A stretch of DNA of 64,000 bases from Candidatus Eiseniibacteriota bacterium (GTDB lineage Bacteria > Joyebacterota > Joyebacteria > Joyebacterales > Joyebacteraceae). A program made the position numbers and the translations under genes. Positions 47,641-55,350 of the stretch are shown here, one piece after another; within the stretch, counting starts at the first letter, position 1, and every line of letters begins with the position of its first letter. Below the pieces are notes generated by a model, which saw only the letters and a list, made by a program, of their open reading frames with translations, was not told where the DNA came from and did not search any database. Location of the stretch: NCBI GenBank assembly GCA_043819135.1, contig JBDRFG010000130.1:1-64000 (forward strand). The letters run 5' to 3'.

Positions 47641-47669
47641 TTGACACGAGACAAAGCTTGTGATACAAT
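47641..47669 (+). promoter_or_regulatory. Strong sigma70-type promoter
   Basis: TTGACA-17 nt-TACAAT with TGn extended -10. Confidence 0.75.
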
Positions 47670-47771
47670 GGCATTGAGTCTCAGGAGAGGACTGCCCGAC
47701 CACAGAGCGAAAGGACTCGCATAGCAAGATTGCTAAGGGTTTCTTCCTAAGTCGAATACTCGCTCGGGAAG

Positions 47772-48626
47772 ATGGCGGAGGCGGACCGTTGTCGTGGTTC
47801 GTGCCGACGCCACGTCGATTCGACAGCGCCCTTGGCAGACCACAGTGTCACGTTGATCTCCCGCCGGGTGCGACGTCAGTCGACACCCGGCTTCTTCTTG
47901 CCGAAACCGCCGCGAGTCCGGAGACGCAAGACCGTGTATTTCGTCGATGAGAGATTCGGGTACGGAACGGTCGAGGAGTTCACTCGAGGCTCCCGCGAGG
48001 GTGAACGCCTTCTGAGCGGCAAGTTCTACCGACGCCGCGTCAAGCGACCGCTGGACGTCCTGGCCAGCCTGGTCGGTCTCCTGCTGCTGTCACCGCTGTT
48101 CATTGTCCTGGCGATCATGGTGAGGCTCGATTCCCGCGGTCCGGTCTTCTTCAGGCAGATGCGCGTGGGAAAGGACGGGCGCGAGTTCGAGTTCTACAAG
48201 TTCCGGTCAATGGTCCAGGACGCTGAGGCGATGAAGAACAAGCTCATGCACCTGAACGAGCTCGAGGGGCCCGTGTTCAAGATCAGCGACGACCCGCGTA
48301 TAACGCCGATCGGACGCTTCCTCAGACGGACGAGCCTCGACGAGCTTCCCCAGCTCTTTAACGTTCTCCGGGGTGACATGAGTCTGGTCGGTCCGAGGCC
48401 GCCGCTTCCGGCGGAGGTCGCCAACTACGAGAGCTGGCAGCGGCAGAAGCTGTCCGTACTGCCGGGCATCACCTGTCTCTGGCAGATCAGCGGAAGGAAC
48501 CACATCGGCTTCACCGAATGGATGAGGCTGGACATAGAGTACATCAGAAGGCAGTCGTTCGGAGTGGACGTGAAGATCCTAGCCAGGACGCTCCCGGCGG
48601 TGCTTCTGAGGAAAGGGGCCTTCTGA
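47772..48626 (+). CDS. Polyprenyl-phosphate sugar-1-phosphate transferase (Bac_transf, priming glycosyltransferase)
   Basis: KRPLDV, YKFRSM, DPRITPIGRFLRRTSLDELPQLFNVLRGDMSLVGPRP, PGITCLWQ; start may be GTG47934. Confidence 0.92.
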   Translation: MAEADRCRGSCRRHVDSTAPLADHSVTLISRRVRRQSTPGFFLPKPPRVRRRKTVYFVDERFGYGTVEEFTRGSREGERLLSGKFYRRRVKRPLDVLASLVGLLLLSPLFIVLAIMVRLDSRGPVFFRQMRVGKDGREFEFYKFRSMVQDAEAMKNKLMHLNELEGPVFKISDDPRITPIGRFLRRTSLDELPQLFNVLRGDMSLVGPRPPLPAEVANYESWQRQKLSVLPGITCLWQISGRNHIGFTEWMRLDIEYIRRQSFGVDVKILARTLPAVLLRKGAF

Positions 48627-48765
48627 ACAGGACCCACTGAGCGGTCACGAACCTGCTCAGGACACCGACAGATTCTGTGGATCCGGCAGCGACTGCGTCG
48701 ACTCTAACCCTCACTCACACCGCAACGCTGCCGGATTCGCGTTGTAGGGGGCTGTCAGGTCTGAT

Positions 48766-48794
48766 TTGACACGCCTGAGTCCATCCTCTATTCT
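48766..48794 (+). promoter_or_regulatory. Putative sigma70 promoter for the GT-C gene
   Basis: TTGACA-17 nt-TATTCT; AGGAG RBS precedes GTG48858. Confidence 0.6.
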
Positions 48795-48857
48795 CCGCGT
48801 GTCCCGTAGAAGGAGCCCCCAGGCTCTCGAGCCGGGCACTCGCAGGAGACAGGTACG

Positions 48858-50432
48858 GTGAGTCTTTCGACAGCAAATTCCATTGAGCCCCCAGGCGCGG
48901 TCGGCGCGGACGTACAAGCGCGGACGCTTAGTGTGGTCCTCCCGCTTCTCGTTTTGCTCGGTGCGTTCCTGAGGTTCTACAGGCTGGGGGGCCAGAGTCT
49001 CTGGGTCGACGAGATACTGACGCTCAAGGCGGCCAACGTCGGAGGAACGCTCGCACTTCGCGATGTGTTGTCGAATATCCAGGGGCCACTTCACGCCGTT
49101 CTTGTCCACTTCGTTGCGCGGTTCTCCACCTCGGAGCCGGCGCTCCGCGGCCTCTCGGCTCTGGCGGGTGTCGCCACCATCCCTGTGGTGTATCTGCTTG
49201 GGAAGGACGTGGCCGGGCGTCGGGTGGGACTGATCTCCGCTACGCTCATCGCCGTTTCACCTTTCGCCGTGTGGTACTCGCAGGAGGTGAGGAACTACTC
49301 GTTCCTGATTCTCCTGTCGGCGACGTCCACGCTGGCCGCGTGGCGGATCATCGTGACGGGTGGACGTGCGTGGGGCCTGTATGCAGCGAGCGTGACGCTG
49401 GCGCTCTACAGCAACCTCTCCGCGGCGTTTCTGTGGTTGGCGCATACGCTCTTTGGGCTCGGGCGGCTCGCACGGGCGCGGCGCCTGATGAAGTGGGCGG
49501 CCACCTGCCTGGCGATCGCTCTACTATTCCTGCCGCTCCTTCTAGGTCTGATCAAGTGGGTGGAGGTCGACTGCGTCGGCGAGCGCATCGTGGTCGCTCC
49601 CCTTGCCGAGAACGGGGAGCTTCTCAGGGGGGCGACGACGTTCTCCCCTCTGGCGATTCCGTACTCCATCTTCACCATGGTGTACGGGTACTCCCTGGGT
49701 CCGAGCGCACGAGAGCTGCACACCGGTTCCCCGCTCGGAGCGTTCGCCCGCCATCTTTGGCTGGTCATCCCAGCCGGTGTGATGGCGGCCGTCGGGTTCA
49801 TCCTGGGGTTCAGGAGATTGTGGGTGGAAGGGAGCGCGGGGCGTCTTGTCGCCGCGGTGGTCGTCGTGTCTTTCCTCGCGGCGGCCGTTCTGGCGCTCCT
49901 GAACATCAAGCCGTTCAATGTGCGTTACGTGGCCGTGATGCTGCCTGTGATCGTGGTCACGATGTCCGCGGGCGTGGCCACGCTGTCGGTGCGCCGCGGC
50001 GCTTGGCTTTGGGCCGGCGTTGTTCTATTCTCTCTGCTGTCGTTGGGGAGATACTACTTCGTTCCCGAGTACTCCCGTGAGGACGTGCGCGGCGCGGCGC
50101 GGTACGTGGCCGAGAACGAGCGCCCGGGCGACATCGTTCTCGTGCCGGTCGTCAGAGACGTCTTCGCGTTCTACTACGAGGGCGCTGCCGACTACTTCGC
50201 TGTCTACAGAGGTCAGACGGCATCGGCGGACAGGTTACGGAGCGTCGTGGAGGCCCGGGCAGAGGGGCACGAGAGACTCTGGTTCGTCGAGTCCCGCCTC
50301 TGGCACATGGACGAGGCTCTGAGGACCCCGATCGTTCTCGGGGAACTCTACAGGGAGGTCGACAGGCGCGAGTTCGCGGGCGCGACGGTGACGCTGTACG
50401 ACCTTGACGAACGCCCGGATACTGGACGGTAG
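48858..50432 (+). CDS. GT-C fold glycosyltransferase (PMT_2 / GT39 / ArnT-like)
   Basis: LRFYRLGGQSLWVDE, P..H, LRGLSALAG, SPFAVWYSQEVRNYS, RY motif, multiple TMs and a C-terminal periplasmic domain. Confidence 0.85.
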   Translation: MSLSTANSIEPPGAVGADVQARTLSVVLPLLVLLGAFLRFYRLGGQSLWVDEILTLKAANVGGTLALRDVLSNIQGPLHAVLVHFVARFSTSEPALRGLSALAGVATIPVVYLLGKDVAGRRVGLISATLIAVSPFAVWYSQEVRNYSFLILLSATSTLAAWRIIVTGGRAWGLYAASVTLALYSNLSAAFLWLAHTLFGLGRLARARRLMKWAATCLAIALLFLPLLLGLIKWVEVDCVGERIVVAPLAENGELLRGATTFSPLAIPYSIFTMVYGYSLGPSARELHTGSPLGAFARHLWLVIPAGVMAAVGFILGFRRLWVEGSAGRLVAAVVVVSFLAAAVLALLNIKPFNVRYVAVMLPVIVVTMSAGVATLSVRRGAWLWAGVVLFSLLSLGRYYFVPEYSREDVRGAARYVAENERPGDIVLVPVVRDVFAFYYEGAADYFAVYRGQTASADRLRSVVEARAEGHERLWFVESRLWHMDEALRTPIVLGELYREVDRREFAGATVTLYDLDERPDTGR

Positions 50433-50530
50433 GCGGCGACGGGGAACCCGCGCCGCGATCCGGCGTGCATCCGGAGGGGGGCCGTTATCAGATCGCCACC
50501 GACTGCCCCGCAGCGCGTGCCGCCGGCCGA

Positions 50531-50566
50531 GTGCCGTCTCGGCACGAATTGCCGAACAATCGGTCA
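50531..50566. promoter_or_regulatory. Putative enhancer-binding-protein (UAS) palindromes
   Basis: Perfect GTGCCG-TCT-CGGCAC (50531-45) and an imperfect TGCCGA-ACAA-TCGGTC copy, 50-85 bp upstream of the sigma54 motif. Confidence 0.4.
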
Positions 50567-50615
50567 TTCATCGCCGGAGGGAGTGCTTCCGGGACGCCGT
50601 CGAACGCCGTAAGTG

Positions 50616-50631
50616 TGGCATGAGTTATGCA
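50616..50631 (+). promoter_or_regulatory. Sigma54 (-24/-12) promoter for the EPS locus
   Basis: TGGCATGAGTTATGCA: GG-N10-GC, close to the TGGCAC-N5-TTGCW consensus, upstream of wza. Confidence 0.65.
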
Positions 50632-50702
50632 TTTAGGAGCGTCTAAGCACGCTCCGCAGCTGGTGCGGAGTGGACGCGCAACTTGCGCGGGGGTTCACAG
50701 AG

Positions 50703-51443
50703 ATGGCACAGATCAGAACGGGGCTGCTCGCGGTTGTCCTCGGAGCAGCGCTATGTTGTGTATGTGGGTGCGCCGGCACCGACGGCGGAGGCGTGGTGGA
50801 TGTCGCCGACTACGAGCAGCCGGTCGTCGACTCAACGGAGTACCGCCTTCGCACAGGCGACTCGGTTCGCATCATTTTCCAGACGGACCGGTCGCTCGAC
50901 TATGAAGCGCCCGTCTCACCCGCTGGTACGATCGGCGTGCCGTCGGGTGGAGAGGTGGCGGCGGCGGGGAGGACGGTCGAAGAGGTGCGGCGGGACATTG
51001 AGGTGATGATGGCGGAGCTGCTCCTGGACCCGAGGGCATCCGTCGTGCTCGATAGCGTCGCGGAGCAGCCGGTGTACGTGCTTGGAGAGGTCAAGAGCCC
51101 GGGGGCGGTGAGCGGGCGGGGCACGATGAGTCTCAGCATGGCGCTCGCCGAGGCCGGCGGGCCGCTATCGAGCGGGAAGCTCAGCAGCGTCATGGTGGTC
51201 CGGACCAGCGGAGTTCCTTCGGCCGTGGCCATCAAGGTCGATGTCTCGAAGTTCCTTTCCGGCAGGGACCTGGCGCAGGATCTGCCCCTCGAGCCGTACG
51301 ACGTGGTCTTCGTTCCCAAGTCCGTCATCGGCAAGGTCAATGAGTTCGTGGAGCTGTTCTTCACTCAGATCGCGCCCGCACAGCTCTTCTATCTGCGCGG
51401 GTATGACATAGCCAACAGGAAGCCGCTGAGCTTGTACCAGTAG
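50703..51443 (+). CDS. wza: Polysaccharide export outer-membrane lipoprotein (OPX/Wza family)
   Basis: Lipobox-like VCGC, YRLRTGD Poly_export motif, VYVLGEVKSPG SLBB domain, LEPYDVVFVPKS. Confidence 0.88.
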   Translation: MAQIRTGLLAVVLGAALCCVCGCAGTDGGGVVDVADYEQPVVDSTEYRLRTGDSVRIIFQTDRSLDYEAPVSPAGTIGVPSGGEVAAAGRTVEEVRRDIEVMMAELLLDPRASVVLDSVAEQPVYVLGEVKSPGAVSGRGTMSLSMALAEAGGPLSSGKLSSVMVVRTSGVPSAVAIKVDVSKFLSGRDLAQDLPLEPYDVVFVPKSVIGKVNEFVELFFTQIAPAQLFYLRGYDIANRKPLSLYQ

Positions 51444-51477
51444 CTGTCGCGGGCGGTCCCAGGAATGTGAGGGAGCA

Positions 51478-52839
51478 TTGAGGCGCGAGATCGAACAGAC
51501 CGAAGCCGTCCTTCTGGAAGAGATCCTCTACGTGGTCTTTCGGAGGAAACTCCTGATCGCCGCACTGCTGCTGATAGCGGGCGGCATCTTCGCTTACGGC
51601 GTTCTGACGGAGGTCGACGTCTACAGGGGCGAGGCCATCGTGATGATCCGTCGCCTCCCGCTCGGCTACCAGATGCCGGCTGAGAGTCGCGCCGTACTGC
51701 TGCGCGCTGAGGTGGTGAACTCGGAGATAGAGATCATCACGAGCCCGGCGGTGGCGGAGGTAGTGGTCACCAGGCTCGGGCTGGACGAGGGGAAGGACCG
51801 CGCAAGAGCGATCCACAACGTCAACAAGCAGATCAAGGCAGAGGCGGAGCCCGAGTCCAACATCATCAAGATCAGCTGCTCCAACATGGACCCGGTCAGG
51901 GCGGCGGAGGTGACCAACGCGGCTCTCGACGCGTACCTGAGCGTCCGTGCGGGAGTGGCGCTCGACTACGACGCTGTCGACTACCTTGACGTGCAGGCGC
52001 GGCGAGTGAGGGTCGCGATCGACTCGATCGGCGCGGAGATCACGAGATACGGTGCTGAGGAAGGGCAGCTCGCCAGGGGCCGCAAGGGAGAGCAGCACAT
52101 GGGCCTCATCAACGGGTACACGGGCGATCTCATGGATCTTGATTCATCCATCTACTCCAAGGAAGAGAAGATCGCGGCGACCGAGGAGTGGCTTGCGTCC
52201 GACGGGGACATCACGCACGCCCCCAACGGCGATATATACGACATGGCGACCGTAAGGCAGTCGAAGCTCATACACCTGGATCTGAAGTCGAAGCTCGCCG
52301 AGGCCCGGGCGAGGTACGCACCCGAGCACCCCGAGGTCAGACGGCTCGAGCGCGAACTGAGTTCGGTGGCGCAGATGGTGCGTACCGAGATCGAGCAGTC
52401 GCTCCTCCGCCAGAAGGTGCGCCTCGATGAGTGGAGGGCGGAGAGGCGGGCGACCGCCAGGATCCTGGATGAGTTGGAGGCTCAGAACCCCAAGCTGTCG
52501 GACGATGAGATGCAGATCCGCATGCTCGAGCACGAGCTGTCGATCCGGGCGGACCTCTACTCGGTCCTCGTAGGCAGGCGCGAGCAGTTCAAGATCACCG
52601 CCGCCACGGACCCGAGCCTGCTGAACGTCGGTGTGGTGTCGAGGGCAGCCGTGCCTGTGGAGCCTCACAAGGCGGGGATCAACATGAAGTCGGTCTTCGC
52701 GTTCTTCACGTTCCTGTTCGGCCTCGCGTTCGTGTTCGCGGTCGAGAGGATGGACCAGTCGCTGGTGCGCCGCCCCGACGTCGAGCGAGAACTCGGTCTC
52801 AAAGTGCTCGCGATCGTGCGGCACCGGGCGAGGAGCTAG
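51478..52839 (+). CDS. Polysaccharide co-polymerase / chain-length determinant (Wzz/GumC-type)
   Basis: N-terminal TM, NSEIEIITS, SNIIKIS..DP..AAEVTN, coiled-coil with YAPEHPEV, C-terminal TM and D.S....DVERELGLKVLA. Confidence 0.85.
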   Translation: MRREIEQTEAVLLEEILYVVFRRKLLIAALLLIAGGIFAYGVLTEVDVYRGEAIVMIRRLPLGYQMPAESRAVLLRAEVVNSEIEIITSPAVAEVVVTRLGLDEGKDRARAIHNVNKQIKAEAEPESNIIKISCSNMDPVRAAEVTNAALDAYLSVRAGVALDYDAVDYLDVQARRVRVAIDSIGAEITRYGAEEGQLARGRKGEQHMGLINGYTGDLMDLDSSIYSKEEKIAATEEWLASDGDITHAPNGDIYDMATVRQSKLIHLDLKSKLAEARARYAPEHPEVRRLERELSSVAQMVRTEIEQSLLRQKVRLDEWRAERRATARILDELEAQNPKLSDDEMQIRMLEHELSIRADLYSVLVGRREQFKITAATDPSLLNVGVVSRAAVPVEPHKAGINMKSVFAFFTFLFGLAFVFAVERMDQSLVRRPDVERELGLKVLAIVRHRARS

Positions 52840-52848
52840 GAGGGGACG

Positions 52849-54450
52849 CTGTACACGAGATTCTATAATCTGGCCGAGAGGCCCTTTGAACTCACCCCGG
52901 ATCCGCGCTATCTCTTCCTCAGCTCGCGGCATCGCGAGGCGCTCGCGCATCTGACGTACGCGGTCGAGGAGAGGCGCGGTTTCGTTCAACTGACCGGTGA
53001 GATAGGAACCGGCAAGACGATGATGCTCGACGCCCTCGTGCTCGGCCTTGACGCGCGCACCAAGGTGGCGCGTCTGTCGCACACGACCATATCCGAGGAG
53101 GAGTTGTTCGAGCTGATGGTCTCCGAGTTGGGACTTGACCCGCGCGGAGGACGCAAGCTCGAACGAGTTGCGCAGATACAAGAGTTCCTGGACGAGTGGA
53201 CGGCGGCCGGCAGGAACTCCGTGCTGGTGGTCGATGAGGCGCAGAACCTCTCACTTCCGGTGCTGGAGGAGATCAGGCTGCTCTCGAACCTGCGGTCGCA
53301 GGGGCAGTGCAGCCTCCAGATAGTCCTTGCCGGGCAGCCGGAGTTTCGAACGAAGCTCGATCGGGAGGACCTGCGCCAGCTCAAGCAGCGAATCGGCATC
53401 AGGTACCACCTGACGCCACTGTCGGAGCGGGAGACGGGAGAGTACATAGCGCACCGACTGAGTGTCGCCGGGGCCAACGGATTTACGATATTCGACAAGG
53501 GTGCGGTGGAGGCCGTCTTCGCCTACGCGGGCGGCGTGCCCCGTATGATCAACATCGTATGTGACAGAGCTCTCGTTGCAGGGTACGGCGCCAACCGCCA
53601 GCGCATAGGCAAGGCGCTCATCCTGGAGACCGTCGAAGAGATAGAGGGAGCGGAACTCGTGTCGGCCCAGGTCGTTGCCCTGGACGATGTGACCTCCTGG
53701 CGCGTGACCGGCGAGGAGAGAGAGTCGCCCTCGTCGGACGCGCATGCCGAGGTACGTGTCGAAGCTGATTCGGCGGGCATCATGTCTGCTGATCTCGTAT
53801 CGACGCGAGCGCCGGCACGGGCCACACGTCGCCCCCTCGACGCAGCAGCACGGGCCACATCACGCACACGCGTTTCATCGGCCCGGCCTGGAGTCGTCGG
53901 GGCGTCTGTCGGGGGCAGTAGTGTACCTGCGTGGACGCTCCCCGCGGTAGTGGTTGTCGCGGCCCTGGCGGTGGTCGCCTTCTCCGGAGTCCGGACGCAA
54001 TGGTGGCGGTCGCTGCCAGGCCTCAAGGATGACCGCGCGTCGTCGCGGGTACGACAGGAGCGGCCAGACGAGTTCGTCGGCGGTAGCGGCGCAGAGGTAG
54101 AGGCGGACGTCGGTGGGGAGGCCATGTTGGACATCGGAGGAACGGAGCCCGCGCTGGTCGAACCGGAAACCGGGGACTCCGCGCAGGAGCGCCCACTCAC
54201 TTCAGGACCGGGAGGTCCGTACCGAGCCGTCGCGTTGTCGAGCAGGGTGGCCGACGCGGCTTCGGCGGAGGCGTTCCGCTTGATCGAGCGGGGCATCTCC
54301 GCCGAAGTGATCCCAGCCGATATCGGGGACGGCGGCGTTTGGTACAGGGTGGTGGTCGGTGGGGGCTACCCGGCGCTCGAGTCGGCGCGAGAGGTCGTGG
54401 ACGAGCTGATACGCATGGGTTATGACGGCGCGTGGGTTCACAGGGAGTAG
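52849..54450 (+). CDS. ExeA/GspA-like AAA ATPase with TM segment and C-terminal SPOR domain (CTG start)
   Basis: In-frame extension upstream of the track ORF (53020): (M)YTRFYNLAERPFELTPDPRYLF...LTGEIGTGKT; VVDEAQNL, LEEIRLLSN, GQPE, GVPRMINIVCDRAL; SPOR GVWYRVVVG. Confidence 0.88.
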   Translation: MYTRFYNLAERPFELTPDPRYLFLSSRHREALAHLTYAVEERRGFVQLTGEIGTGKTMMLDALVLGLDARTKVARLSHTTISEEELFELMVSELGLDPRGGRKLERVAQIQEFLDEWTAAGRNSVLVVDEAQNLSLPVLEEIRLLSNLRSQGQCSLQIVLAGQPEFRTKLDREDLRQLKQRIGIRYHLTPLSERETGEYIAHRLSVAGANGFTIFDKGAVEAVFAYAGGVPRMINIVCDRALVAGYGANRQRIGKALILETVEEIEGAELVSAQVVALDDVTSWRVTGEERESPSSDAHAEVRVEADSAGIMSADLVSTRAPARATRRPLDAAARATSRTRVSSARPGVVGASVGGSSVPAWTLPAVVVVAALAVVAFSGVRTQWWRSLPGLKDDRASSRVRQERPDEFVGGSGAEVEADVGGEAMLDIGGTEPALVEPETGDSAQERPLTSGPGGPYRAVALSSRVADAASAEAFRLIERGISAEVIPADIGDGGVWYRVVVGGGYPALESAREVVDELIRMGYDGAWVHRE

Positions 54451-54500
54451 TCCGGCACGGCGCGGGAGCGGGGAGTCCTGCGGCCAGGCGAGAGGGCGCA

Positions 54501-55250
54501 ATGAGCAAGATCACGGATGCCATGGACCGGTCCAGGCAAGAGCAGGAGAGACCCAGTATCGGCCAGGACGCGACCACGGGCTCCATGCCTGTCGTGTTCG
54601 GTGCGAGCCGAGTCGGCCTGCCGGCCTCGGACGTGGAGGCATATCAGGCTCTCGGCTCGGACATCTACCTGGGGCTGCCCGATGCGTCCCGCAGGGTCGT
54701 AATGCTTGCCAGTGCGGAGCCGGGCGCCGGCACGAGCACGGTGGCGCGCGAGTTCGCATCGACCCTCGCTCTGAACGGTGAGGTTACGACGCTTCTGGTC
54801 GATGCCAATCTGAGGAAACCCGTCGTTCACGCCATCTTCAACGTTCAGAGGACGCCGGGCATCTCGGATCACGTGCTGGCGGACGCTCCGCTGTCCGATT
54901 GCCTGCGAGATTCCGGTATTCCCAATCTCACACTCCTCCCGGCCGGTCGGCCTGCGGTCGCTCCGCCGCGGATACTGACCGACCCCCGCGTCGACGGAAT
55001 GTTGAGCGAACTCCGCGACAGGTTCGATCTCATCGTGATCGACTCCGCACCTCTTGTCCCGTTCGCCGAAGGCGTCCAGCTCTCGCGGAAGGTCGACGGA
55101 GTCGTGATAGTCATCCGGTCGGCCGCGACGCGGCAGGCCTCGGCCCGGAGAGTCCTCGCTCTCTTGGACGACGCCGGCGCCAACGTTCTCGGCTCGGTTC
55201 TGAACGGGAGAAGATTCTACATTCCCAAGTTCATCTACGACCGGCTCTAG
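54501..55250 (+). CDS. CpsD/CapB-family BY-kinase domain protein (Walker A Lys replaced)
   Basis: MSKITDAM N-terminus, ASAEPGAGTSTVA, LVDANLRKP, IVIDSAP, DGVVIVI, LGSVLN, YIPKFIYDRL. Confidence 0.85.
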   Translation: MSKITDAMDRSRQEQERPSIGQDATTGSMPVVFGASRVGLPASDVEAYQALGSDIYLGLPDASRRVVMLASAEPGAGTSTVAREFASTLALNGEVTTLLVDANLRKPVVHAIFNVQRTPGISDHVLADAPLSDCLRDSGIPNLTLLPAGRPAVAPPRILTDPRVDGMLSELRDRFDLIVIDSAPLVPFAEGVQLSRKVDGVVIVIRSAATRQASARRVLALLDDAGANVLGSVLNGRRFYIPKFIYDRL

Positions 55251-55350
55251 GCGGGCCGGACGTCGCCGCGCAGACCGGCGCTTCTGACGTCGTGCGCGGG
55301 GCGCGCGTGCCGGTGCGTGGCACGGGTGATGTCTGGGCAGGAGAGTTGCG

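Noticed and set aside
47900..47975. Partial resemblance to a c-di-GMP-I (GEMM) riboswitch (GAAACC...GCGA...GACGCAAG)
   Set aside because: The P2 stem does not pair properly and the P3/P1 elements are not evident; a cmsearch hit would be needed.
48813..48896. 12-nt direct repeat GAGCCCCCAGGC (48813 and 48885)
   Set aside because: Only two copies, GC-rich, one inside the CDS; compatible with chance.
50540..50552. CGGCACGAATTGC as a sigma54 site
   Set aside because: GG-to-GC spacing is 8 nt rather than the required 10.
51478..54450. Possible TAG read-through fusing the co-polymerase and ATPase (same frame)
   Set aside because: A strong RBS and the family-typical N-terminus right after the stop explain it as independent initiation; there is no evidence of amber recoding elsewhere in the window.
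55318..55334. Second sigma54-like motif TGGCACGGGTGATGTC upstream of wzy
   Set aside because: The -12 element is GT rather than GC, and the predicted TSS would fall at or beyond the RBS of the GTG start.
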